In this document: piece after piece, positions 37,565 through 46,709 of the stretch
Position numbering within the stretch: position 1 is the stretch's first letter
Layout of the letters: each line of letters begins with the position of its first letter
Source of the DNA: an uncultured Planctomycetaceae bacterium
Lineage (GTDB): Bacteria; Planctomycetota; UBA8742; UBA2392; JABWBM01
NCBI GenBank assembly: GCA_964548115.1
Contig: CAZJPQ010000008.1
Coordinates: 17,683-81,682, forward strand
DNA length: 64,000 bases
Reading direction: 5' to 3'
Notes under the pieces: generated by a model
Seen by the model: the letters and a program-made list of their open reading frames with translations, nothing else
Databases searched by the model: none
What the model was told of the DNA's origin: nothing
Made by a program: the position numbers and the translations under genes

Positions 37565-38692
37565 TTGGAGAGTTCTTTTACAGAAGCAGAACGAGACTTC
37601 ATACAATTGCAGCTTCGTAGGGTGAGTCGAACCTTTGCTTTAGGTATTGAATTGCTGGAACCTCCTTTACGAGAAGAGGTTGGAATAGCATACCTTTTAT
37701 GTCGTATTCTTGACACACTTGAAGACAGCACGGATTTATCTGTTACTCAACGTATTGCTTTATTACGTAGTTCTTCAGAACTGCTTGACCCTAAAACTTC
37801 AAATCAAATTGCTGCTCAAATTGAGGGCTGTTTTGCTGATGTCTCTCTTAAGGGTTTTGATGTTGAGCTTTGTCAACAAACGAGCAAGGTTCTCGAGCTT
37901 TATTTTAAGCTTGAGCAGAAAGCCCAGAAGGCTATTGCTCCCCATGCAAACGAGATGGCAAGTGGTATGGCTTTCTATGCTGAAGCCATTGAGCAAGCGT
38001 ATCAGTATTTCAAAACAAAGTCTCTGAAAAGAATCCCTGGCGTCTCTCCACTTTTACTTCGTACAAAGGCAGAGCTTGATCGCTATTGCTATTACGTTGC
38101 AGGTACGGTAGGGGAGTTGTTGTGTGGCCTTTTCAAGCTTCGCAGGCCAACGATTCCAAAGGAGAATATTCTTTTAATGGAATCTCAGAGTGTGGCTTTT
38201 GGCTTGGGGTTGCAGTTGACAAATATTCTTAAAGGTATTCGGCAAGATCTTTCGAGAGGTGTTATTTATCTTCCTGAAGAGCTTTTTGAGCAAGCAGAGC
38301 TTACATTTGATCAGCTGCTTCTTGATCCGTTTTCAAGCCAGGCTCGCTATTTTTGCGGTCTTTTTGTCGAGCATGCGCTTAAGCATCTTGATGGAGCTAT
38401 CGCTTATACCCTTGCAATCCCTGCTTCTGAGCGAGATTTGCGTCTTTTTTGTGCGCTCCCTTTGCTTTTTGCATTCCGAACTCTTGCCACAAGCTTTGCC
38501 AGCCAAGCCTTTCTTCAGCAGTCAGGGGAACTCAAAATCAGCCGAGCTGAAGTTCAAAAGCTTCATGAGAAGGCAGAGGCTTGTCTTAGTGATGATGCCG
38601 CGCTTAAGAGCTTGATGATAGAAGAAAGAAAAGCTGTTCAGGAGCATTTGAAGGAGCTTGGGATCATGATTTCTCCTTCTTCTTCAATATGA
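37565..38692 (+). CDS. Squalene/phytoene synthase family, single-enzyme squalene synthase-like
   Basis: VSRTFALGI, YLLCRILDTLED (first Asp-rich motif), LDRYCYYVAGTVG, FGLGLQLTNILK, RLFCALP. TTG start after AGGAAGG. Confidence 0.88.
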   Translation: MESSFTEAERDFIQLQLRRVSRTFALGIELLEPPLREEVGIAYLLCRILDTLEDSTDLSVTQRIALLRSSSELLDPKTSNQIAAQIEGCFADVSLKGFDVELCQQTSKVLELYFKLEQKAQKAIAPHANEMASGMAFYAEAIEQAYQYFKTKSLKRIPGVSPLLLRTKAELDRYCYYVAGTVGELLCGLFKLRRPTIPKENILLMESQSVAFGLGLQLTNILKGIRQDLSRGVIYLPEELFEQAELTFDQLLLDPFSSQARYFCGLFVEHALKHLDGAIAYTLAIPASERDLRLFCALPLLFAFRTLATSFASQAFLQQSGELKISRAEVQKLHEKAEACLSDDAALKSLMIEERKAVQEHLKELGIMISPSSSI

Positions 38693-38866
38693 GAATATGA
38701 AAACCTTATTTAGAACATGTCTTTATTGCTTAGGCTTTTGAATTATTTTAGACTTTGGGTTAGATGAAACTGCTAAGGGGCTAAGTTCTGAGTCTCCCAG
38801 ACTTTAAGTGTGTTTTTATGAGGTGTAGATAACGTTTGAGTATAAACCTGAAGAAGGAGCTGGAGC

Positions 38867-39598
38867 ATGGAGAAGAAACCTGTACTTACCTACCCTCGTA
38901 TTCTTTTAAAAGTCTCTGGAGAGGGGTTTGCAAGATCAAAGGATAGTGGTATTGATGCTGAAGCCATTTTAAAACTTGCGCATAAGATTGAAGCACTCCT
39001 GGATTTAGGCGTTGAACTTGCTGTAGTCGTGGGAGGGGGAAATTTTGTACGGGGGGCTCAACTCAAAATTCCTCATATTCAAGCTGCTACAGCTGATTAC
39101 ATGGGAATGCTTGCAACTTTGATGAATGCGCTGGCACTTCAAGACACCTGTGAATCGATAGGCTTAAGTACTCGAGTCCAGTCAAGCATCGAAATTCCTC
39201 GAATTTGTGAACCCTGGATTCGTCGCCGGGCTTTACGCCATCTTGAAAAAGGACGAGTTGTTATTCTTGGGGCTGGAACAGGAAACCCTCACTTTTCAAC
39301 TGATACAGCTGCTGCCCAGCGTGCCATTGAACTTGATTGTAATATTTTAATTAAGGCGACCCAGGTTGATGGTATTTATGATAGCGATCCAAACCTGAAC
39401 CCAGAAGCTCAAAAATACCAAGAGGTAAGTTATAACGAATGCTTGCGAAAGAATTTGCGAGTCATGGATGCTACAGCTATTGCACTCTGTCGTGAGCATG
39501 CATTACCGATTATGGTTCTTAATATAGCTGACACAGAAAATCTTTTGCGAGCTCTGACGGGCAGGGCTGTTGGTACTCTTGTAACAAGTGGCGCCTAG
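38867..39598 (+). CDS. pyrH: Uridylate kinase
   Basis: RILLKVSGE, VVGGGNFVRG, DYMGMLAT, GTGNPHFSTDTAA, VDGIYDSDP. Confidence 0.98.
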   Translation: MEKKPVLTYPRILLKVSGEGFARSKDSGIDAEAILKLAHKIEALLDLGVELAVVVGGGNFVRGAQLKIPHIQAATADYMGMLATLMNALALQDTCESIGLSTRVQSSIEIPRICEPWIRRRALRHLEKGRVVILGAGTGNPHFSTDTAAAQRAIELDCNILIKATQVDGIYDSDPNLNPEAQKYQEVSYNECLRKNLRVMDATAIALCREHALPIMVLNIADTENLLRALTGRAVGTLVTSGA

Positions 39599-39777
39599 AC
39601 TTTGGAACACAGGCAAATCATGAAAACTTGAAGCTGATTTGTTGATGTTGAGTTCAAGAAAATTACAGATTTTAGAAGAAGTGATGCTAGAATAGAGAGC
39701 AGTTAGAGGTGTCTTCGAATTTCATAAAGTGTATTTTGAAACGAAGACAACACGTATTTTTGCAAGATTTTAGATAG

Positions 39778-40362
39778 ATGGGAAAAGAGGCTCTCGTGGA
39801 TTATGACAGCATTCTTGGCGAAACAGAAAAGGCTTTTCAAAAAGCTTTAGAACATTTGAAACGCGAATATCGGGGAATCCGTACAGGACGAGCAAGTCCT
39901 GGATTAGTTGAGAATATTTCATTTGATTATTATGGCAGTCAGCAGCCAATTAAAAATGCTGCTACAATCTCAGTCCAAGATGCGACAACGTTAACGATTA
40001 AACCCTTTGATGCATCTCAGATTGCTTCGATTTCCAAAGCCATTCAAGCAGCTAATTTAGGTTTGAATCCCGTTGAGGACGGCCATATGCTGAGGATCTC
40101 ACTGCCCCCAATGACTGAAGAGAATCGTAAAAAGATTGCTGGCCAGCTCAAAAATTTTGCTGAAAGTACTAAGGTTTCAATTCGGAATGCTCGTCAGGAT
40201 GGAAATAAAAAAGCCGATCAATCGCTTAAAGATAAAACCCCGGGCATGACAGAAGATCAGCATCGAGAGCTTAAGGAAGAGATCCAATCTTTGACGAATA
40301 AATATAACAAAAAGGTGGAGCAGGCTTTGGAAGAGAAAACCGAAGATGTCATGAAGATCTAA
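39778..40362 (+). CDS. frr: Ribosome recycling factor
   Basis: GIRTGRASP, KPFD, ANLGLNP, PPMTEENRK, SIRNAR; downstream of pyrH. Confidence 0.97.
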   Translation: MGKEALVDYDSILGETEKAFQKALEHLKREYRGIRTGRASPGLVENISFDYYGSQQPIKNAATISVQDATTLTIKPFDASQIASISKAIQAANLGLNPVEDGHMLRISLPPMTEENRKKIAGQLKNFAESTKVSIRNARQDGNKKADQSLKDKTPGMTEDQHRELKEEIQSLTNKYNKKVEQALEEKTEDVMKI

Positions 40363-40462
40363 TAGTTTTATTCATGTGTTGCCTTTTTTGTTCTATTCGC
40401 TTTATTCTATTTGTGGTTTTAATTAAAGAAGAGTTCGTTTGAAATTTTTGTAGGGCTGCTGT

Positions 40463-41248
40463 ATGGGATCATCTTTTCGCAAGCGCCCCGATCGTCGCCG
40501 AAAAAGGGGGACTCGTTATCGAAGTTTTGGGATCATTTATGAGGATGATGACCTGCTTGCTGTGACAAAACCCGATGGCATGCTGGTTAATATGGCCGAA
40601 TCAAATGAGCAAACCTTGCAGGATCAAGTTCGTTTTCACAAACCAAGTCAGCCAGGTTCAAAACAGTTTCCTGCAGCGCTCCATCGTCTTGATCGTTATA
40701 CTTCAGGCATAGTGCTTTTTGCCCGTCACGAAAAAGCTGCCCAAGCTTTTAGCGAATTACTTCGTTCAGGAGAAGTTGAGAAGTATTATTCAGTTCTTAC
40801 TTTGGGAATTCCTGAACCTGATCGAGGGATAATAGATCTTCCCCTTGAAGCTTTTATGCTTGGAAAAAAACGTATGCGGGTAGCTGCGCCTGATTGCGAA
40901 CAGGCACAAGTGGCCCGAACAGAATTTTGGCTTGAAGAAACGTTTTTAGCAAAACCACAAGGGCTTGAGTTTTCGCTTTTAAAAAGTCGTATTTATACTG
41001 GGCGAACACACCAGATCCGAGTACATTTCGCTGCCCATGGGCATGCTGTTGCAGGTGATACCATTTATGGTTTAAAAGCACCAAACCGTTATTTGCGTGA
41101 GAAAGCTCGCCTTTTACGTCAATTTATTCATGCCCGACGGCTTGTCCTTCAACATCCTTTTACAGGGCAGCAGCTTGAGCTTGTTGCTAAGCTACCAAAG
41201 GATTTAGTAAACGTTCTTAAATACCTTAGAAACCTTTCAACCTCTTAG
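40463..41248 (+). CDS. RluA-family RNA pseudouridine synthase (no S4 domain)
   Basis: YEDDDLLAVTKPDGMLV, HRLDRYTSG (catalytic Asp), TGRTHQIRVH, GDTIYG. Confidence 0.93.
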   Translation: MGSSFRKRPDRRRKRGTRYRSFGIIYEDDDLLAVTKPDGMLVNMAESNEQTLQDQVRFHKPSQPGSKQFPAALHRLDRYTSGIVLFARHEKAAQAFSELLRSGEVEKYYSVLTLGIPEPDRGIIDLPLEAFMLGKKRMRVAAPDCEQAQVARTEFWLEETFLAKPQGLEFSLLKSRIYTGRTHQIRVHFAAHGHAVAGDTIYGLKAPNRYLREKARLLRQFIHARRLVLQHPFTGQQLELVAKLPKDLVNVLKYLRNLSTS

Positions 41249-41438
41249 CGACAAGAGTTGTGGGTGAGCCTTGTGTTTTGTAGAGCAAATTTTGATCTCT
41301 TAAGCGTTTCTTTTATGATCATCTAATGCCTTGAATTATTAATTTCTTTGTATCTTTACAAAGAAGCCGTTGCCTCTATTGACAGGAAAAGTTTTAATTG
41401 ATGTTTAAAGTTCGATCTTAGAAATTTGTGAGAATGTT

Positions 41439-42461
41439 ATGGTTGCTGATTCTTGTAGGATTGCCATTATTGGGAACGGTGGTTGGGGGAATGCCGTCGC
41501 CTTGCTTTTGGCTGAGAGAGGCCACAAGCTTAAAATATGGGGCCATGACCGGGAATACCTTAAGCGCTGTGAGTCTGAGCGAGAGAACAAGCGTTATTTG
41601 CCCGGTATTGTTTTGCCCCAAGAGTTAAGTTTTGAGCCTGAACTTGAAAGGGCTTGTCAAGATGTTGATATTGTTATTTCAGCAGTTCCAAGTTCTTATC
41701 TGCGATCGATTTTTTCTCAATTACGGGGAAAGTATCCAAAAGAAATTCCTTTGATTAGCCTGACAAAAGGCATCGAAAACGAAAGCCTATCTTTTCCGAG
41801 TGAGATTTTGGTGGAAGAGACAGAGGCTCGGTCAACCTATGTGCTTTCTGGTCCTACGATGGCTGAAGAAGTGGCACGTAAGAAACCTACGAGTGCAGTA
41901 CTTGCTTCAGAAGTTGGGACTGAGGTTGAAGCGCTTCAAGCACTTTTTCATACCGACTATTTTCGTGTTTATACCAGTGAAGATAAGGTTGGAGTTGAAC
42001 TTTCAGGAGCGGTTAAAAATGTTATCGCTATTGCTGCTGGTATTTGTGATGGTATGGGGCTTGGAGATAATGCGAAAGCTGCCATGTTGGCAAGGGGACT
42101 TGCTGAGCTTTGCAGGTTGGGGGCAGCCCTTGGAGCCCGCGAGCAAACTTTTTTAGGACTTTCTGGCATTGGTGATATGTATACAACCTGTGCTTCGCCT
42201 TATGGACGGAATCGAAGCTTTGGAGAAAATTTAGGAAAAGGACTTTCTTTCGAAGAAGCCCAGGAAGCTTGCAGAGGAATGGTTGTTGAAGGAGTTCGTA
42301 CAGCCCATTCTCTTAAAAATTTAACTCAAAAGCTGGGGGTTGAAATGCCAATTTCTGAAGCTGTTTACCGCGTCCTTTTTGAAGAAGTAAAACCTGAAGA
42401 AGCTTTACAGGAGCTTCTTGCTCGTCCTCTTACAAGCAAAGGAGAGGTTTTTCAGCATTAA
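41439..42461 (+). CDS. gpsA: NAD(P)H-dependent glycerol-3-phosphate dehydrogenase
   Basis: GNGGWG, LTKGIE, LSGPT, GAVKNVIAIAAG, GLSGIGD, SRN-like GRNRSFG, EGVRT. Confidence 0.96.
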   Translation: MVADSCRIAIIGNGGWGNAVALLLAERGHKLKIWGHDREYLKRCESERENKRYLPGIVLPQELSFEPELERACQDVDIVISAVPSSYLRSIFSQLRGKYPKEIPLISLTKGIENESLSFPSEILVEETEARSTYVLSGPTMAEEVARKKPTSAVLASEVGTEVEALQALFHTDYFRVYTSEDKVGVELSGAVKNVIAIAAGICDGMGLGDNAKAAMLARGLAELCRLGAALGAREQTFLGLSGIGDMYTTCASPYGRNRSFGENLGKGLSFEEAQEACRGMVVEGVRTAHSLKNLTQKLGVEMPISEAVYRVLFEEVKPEEALQELLARPLTSKGEVFQH

Positions 42462-42564
42462 AATAAAGTATTGTTAGGAAAGATAATGCTATTGATAGAT
42501 TAAAGCTTTTATTTGAGGGGGCCGCGGGAAGTACGGTAAAGGCAGAAGTATAGGAAGGACTTTT

Positions 42565-43260
42565 ATGAGCCAGCATCTTTTTCATGAACTTGATCGTTTA
42601 AGTGATCGTCTGACAGCACTTGCTGAACGAACAGAAAAAGCCATTCGAAATTCTATAGACTCACTTTTTAAGGGAGATATTGAGTCTGCGAAGAAAATTA
42701 TTAAGGAAGACCGTAAGATCGATCAGGAAGAAGTTGAAATAGAAGAAGAGTGTTTGAAGATTCTAGCATTATATCAGCCCGTTGCTTCTGATTTGCGTTT
42801 TATTATTACAATTTTAAAAGTGAATGGTGAGCTTGAACGAGTCGGGGATCATGCTAAAAATATTGCTGAACGGATACTCGATCTTCCAGTTGGAAGCATT
42901 GAACAAATACCACAGACTTTAGAAGAAATGAAAGAGCATGCGCTTTCAATGCTTCGCAGAAGTATAGAGAGTTTTACAGAGCTTGATCTTAAAATTGTTC
43001 AGCGAATACATCAGGATGATGAATTGGTAGACGGTTTAAATCGTTCTATTTTTGTAAAAATGAAACAGGAAGTTCGTGCTCATTCTGAGAACTTAGAGTT
43101 TGGTTTAGTCATTATGTCCGTTGCTCGACATTTGGAAAGAGTTGCAGATCTTGCAACTAATATTGCTGAGGATGTTGAATATCTCATAGAAGGAGAGATC
43201 ACTCGGCATGCTCATCACACAGGCTCAAAGATTACAAGCCGCATTCTCAAGCAGAACTAA
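42565..43260 (+). CDS. phoU: Phosphate signalling protein PhoU
   Basis: EIEEEC...YQPVASDLR, ELERVGDHAKNIA, LERVADLATNIAE. Confidence 0.95.
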   Translation: MSQHLFHELDRLSDRLTALAERTEKAIRNSIDSLFKGDIESAKKIIKEDRKIDQEEVEIEEECLKILALYQPVASDLRFIITILKVNGELERVGDHAKNIAERILDLPVGSIEQIPQTLEEMKEHALSMLRRSIESFTELDLKIVQRIHQDDELVDGLNRSIFVKMKQEVRAHSENLEFGLVIMSVARHLERVADLATNIAEDVEYLIEGEITRHAHHTGSKITSRILKQN

Positions 43261-43343
43261 GCTTTTTTTTATGTTAAAACGAGCTTCTTAAAATTACGTT
43301 TTAAAAGGCCGAAAATGAGCAAAGTATATGGCTCGTGATCTGA

Positions 43344-44051
43344 TCATTGAAGTTCAGCTTTTCTGTGATAAAGGGCTTCAGCTATAATCAAGTCTTCAAG
43401 CGTATCAATGTCAATGCTTCTCCAAGCAGGCATTTCGTAAAGTTTGCTTGTTTCTTTAAGAACTTCCTCTTCAAGGACCAAATCACGGTTCAAAAAATAA
43501 ATAGCACCATTCAGGCGGTAGGTTGTACGCTGATCCTGGCGACGTTTTTTGAGTTGAGCTTTTTGAAAAGGAAAAACAAGCTTTCCAGTTTCATCTTGTT
43601 CCACACTCCAGGCAAGAGGGTGTTCGTGTTGACAAACACTTATAACCGAGGGATACCTTCCTCCTTCCCAGGCTTCGTAAGCTGTCTTGATGTCATAAGC
43701 GTTGCGAAGCGGACTGGTAGGCTGAAGTAAAAGAATCCCTTGATAGTTCTCTTGCTTTTTGCCTGGGGCAGCTTCAAGTTCCTGGAGGGCATGAAGTAAA
43801 ACCGCAGATGTAGGAGTTTCATCCAAAGCCAATTTTTGAGGCCGCAACCATGGCACACTGGCGCCATAATGTTTGCTGACAGCCGCAATTTCAGGGCTGT
43901 CGGTGCTTACAATGAGAGTGTCAAGAACTTGAGATTCAAGGGCTGCTTCGATGGTATGTGCAATTAAAGGTTTACCTGCGAAGGGAGCAATATTTTTATG
44001 CTTGAGACCTTTTGAACCAGCCCGAGCAGGAATGATGCCAAGAAGTTTCAT
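43344..44051 (-). CDS. Acylneuraminate (nonulosonate) cytidylyltransferase, NeuA/PseF family
   Basis: IIPARAGSKGLKHKNI, LLQPTSPLR, NGAIY, SIDIDTLED. Confidence 0.93.
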   Translation of the reverse strand: MKLLGIIPARAGSKGLKHKNIAPFAGKPLIAHTIEAALESQVLDTLIVSTDSPEIAAVSKHYGASVPWLRPQKLALDETPTSAVLLHALQELEAAPGKKQENYQGILLLQPTSPLRNAYDIKTAYEAWEGGRYPSVISVCQHEHPLAWSVEQDETGKLVFPFQKAQLKKRRQDQRTTYRLNGAIYFLNRDLVLEEEVLKETSKLYEMPAWRSIDIDTLEDLIIAEALYHRKAELQ

Positions 44052-44812
44052 GCTTCTGTTCCTTTCTGGGGTTTTTGGGTTGAGGATGCTCTTAGAGAGG
44101 CCTGACGTTCAGCGATTGTTTGAGCTTGAACTGGCCGAAAATATCGGAGGGCAACAGGTTTTATTTGTCCTGCTTGGGAAAGTCGATTTTGGAAGAGACG
44201 TTGAGCTGAAAGGCCAACACTTGAAGGGCTTGGAAAATCAAGCTCAGCTAAGGGATTAAATAAATCAAGTTGAAGGTCTTGCTCATAGCTTTTAATGAAA
44301 TTTCCTAAAAGCAAGCTTTCTTTTGGTGCGAAGTCAGTGAGTTCTTGTGGAGAAATCAGACGATCTTCTTTTAAACGCTGAATTTCTCCCGCTTGGTATG
44401 AAAAGAGAGCACAAACGAATTGTCCATGACGAGCATCAAGGCCTGCTAAGATAGTGCAATCCTGTTTGAATAGCCCTTGTTGTAAGGCCTCTTCGCAAAG
44501 GGCATCAAGACAGGGAACGCCAAAAACAGGTGTTTGATAAGCAAAGCCAAGGGCTTGCGCACTTGCAATCCCAACGCGTAAACCTGTATAACTCCCAGGC
44601 CCACAGTTCACTGCTATAGCATCAAGTTTTTGGGGATCAAATTGGCTTGCTTGAAAAAGCTGATCAAGAGTTGGGATCAAAAATTGGGCGTGTGCTCGGG
44701 CTTCTGGTATCAGGATTTCGTGAAGAATTTTTCCTGCTTGAAAAAGAGCAGCGCCTCCAAAGTTTCCAGAGCTTTCGATTGCAAGTAAAGAGTAATTATT
44801 TTTTGATGCCAT
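44048..44812 (-). CDS. tsaB: tRNA t6A biosynthesis protein TsaB
   Basis: LLAIESS, HAQFL, GPGSYTGLRVG, LDARHG, LRYFR; 4-nt overlap with the neuA-like gene. Confidence 0.92.
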   Translation of the reverse strand: MASKNNYSLLAIESSGNFGGAALFQAGKILHEILIPEARAHAQFLIPTLDQLFQASQFDPQKLDAIAVNCGPGSYTGLRVGIASAQALGFAYQTPVFGVPCLDALCEEALQQGLFKQDCTILAGLDARHGQFVCALFSYQAGEIQRLKEDRLISPQELTDFAPKESLLLGNFIKSYEQDLQLDLFNPLAELDFPSPSSVGLSAQRLFQNRLSQAGQIKPVALRYFRPVQAQTIAERQASLRASSTQKPQKGTEA

Positions 44813-44904
44813 ACAGGAATGAGTTTAAAAAAGTTTTAAGCTTTGCAGGGTATTTCTAGTTTTTGCGTGTGGCAAAAGTGTTTTTACCCTGAAATAGTGA
44901 AAGT

Positions 44905-46302
44905 TTATTTAAAAGCTTTAATTTCAGCTTCGGCAACTTGGGCAAGCTTTTGAGCCAAGTCGTGAACAAGCTCATATTCTGGTCCTTCTATCATAACTCT
45001 TAAAAGTGCTTCTGTGCCTGAATAGCGTAAAATAACTCTCCCTTTTTTGTTTAATTTTTTCTCAATACGAACTTTTTCTGCTTGAGTTTCAGGCAATTCT
45101 TCAAGCTTTGGTTTCTGAGGTACAGAACAGTTTAAAAGTACTTGAGGTGCTCGCTCAATGATTTGAGCATAATTGGATAACTTCTCTTTCTTTGAGTCGA
45201 AGACGTAGAGTAAGAGTGTCAAGGCATTAAAAATAGCGTCTCCTGTTGTCATACCTCGTTCAAAGTGAATAATATGTCCAGATTGTTCCCCTCCGAGTAC
45301 AAGTCCGCTGCGCAGCATTTCTTCTGTCACAAAGCGATCTCCAACAGCTGTACGCTTGAGTTGGATTCCTTTTGCCTCAAGTGAATGTTCAAGCCCGATA
45401 TTTGCCATCAGTGTTGTGACGACCTGATTTTGAAGGAGTTTTCCCTCGTCTTGAAGCTTTTGAGCTAAAATAGCGAGAATGAAGTCTCCATCAAGAACCT
45501 GGCCTTTTTCATCTGTAAGTATGAGGCGGTCACCATCGCCATCGAAACTAATGCCAGCATTGGCTTGATGTTTTACAATATGCTCACGTAAATTTTCAGG
45601 ATAAAGGGCACCACAATTTTGGTTGATATTTTTACCATCAGGAGCAGAAGCTAAAGGTATTATTTGAGCACCAAGAGCTTGAAAAAGTTGAGGAGCAATT
45701 TCGTAGCTTGAGCCGTGGGCGCAATCAAGTACAAAAGTCAACCCTTGAAAAGGTTTCTCCTGAGAGCTTTCTTCGCGGGCATAATTGAGAAGATAATCCT
45801 GGTAATGCTGAACGTGAGTTGAAGCAGCTTGCAGGTTAAAATGCCTTGAATCAGGAGGGGTAAGCTCAGAAAAAATTTCTTCTATTGCCTTTTCTTTTTG
45901 GTCAGGGAATTTGAAGCCATCAGGACCAAAGAGCTTGAGGCCATTATCTTCTGCCGGGTTATGGCTTGCTGAAATCATAAGGCCTGAGAGTGCACCAAAG
46001 GCACGTACACAGAAAGCCACTCCTGGGGTTGTAATAACTCCAAGATCATAGAGCTCAATAGAAGAGTCAGCAAAGCCTGCAGCCAGGTTTTCCAAAATTT
46101 CGGGACATGACCAACGAGTATCACGACCAATAAAAAGACGCTTTGGTGCTTGACCATAGCGGGAAAAAGGTTCTGGGTTATCTAAGACTTTTGCCAGGGA
46201 GGCTCCAAGCCGCTTCAACGAATCAGGAGTGAATGGCTCACTGCCATAGCGAGCCCTGATGCCATCTGTTCCAAAAAGTCTGGGGACAATATCTTTCGTC
46301 AC
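44905..46302 (-). CDS. glmM: Phosphoglucosamine mutase
   Basis: LFGTDGIR, GRDTR, ISASHNP (phospho-Ser), FDGDGDR, GGEQSGH, RYSGTE. Confidence 0.96.
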   Translation of the reverse strand: MTKDIVPRLFGTDGIRARYGSEPFTPDSLKRLGASLAKVLDNPEPFSRYGQAPKRLFIGRDTRWSCPEILENLAAGFADSSIELYDLGVITTPGVAFCVRAFGALSGLMISASHNPAEDNGLKLFGPDGFKFPDQKEKAIEEIFSELTPPDSRHFNLQAASTHVQHYQDYLLNYAREESSQEKPFQGLTFVLDCAHGSSYEIAPQLFQALGAQIIPLASAPDGKNINQNCGALYPENLREHIVKHQANAGISFDGDGDRLILTDEKGQVLDGDFILAILAQKLQDEGKLLQNQVVTTLMANIGLEHSLEAKGIQLKRTAVGDRFVTEEMLRSGLVLGGEQSGHIIHFERGMTTGDAIFNALTLLLYVFDSKKEKLSNYAQIIERAPQVLLNCSVPQKPKLEELPETQAEKVRIEKKLNKKGRVILRYSGTEALLRVMIEGPEYELVHDLAQKLAQVAEAEIKAFK

Positions 46303-46709
46303 GGGGAAGGTGTAACCTTTCTTTCACAGAGGTTGCAATGAGCTTATCTCGTGATACTTCCTAAGAAATAGTGGGCAAGGCCTAATCTTAGTCAAACATT
46401 TTTTATTTTAATCTCTTTTCATGATTTTTGATCAGGCCAGAGACATAGCTTCAAAGGGTATGGAATTAAGCATAAGAAAGCAAGCTGGTTTTAAAGATCC
46501 TTTTTGAACACTTTTTCTATGAATTTTATGGTTTTATGCAAAGAGTAAATGGGGTAATAAAAAACAAATAAGCTCGTGAAAGCCTGACAATATTGACTTA
46601 TACTCTTGTTTTGTATTATAAGAAGGGGAGGAGTATTTTAGCCTCCTTACTCTAATTATTATCTAAAGTGAAAGTAAACCCTCGTAAACTTTGTAGAAGG
46701 CTTGACTCA

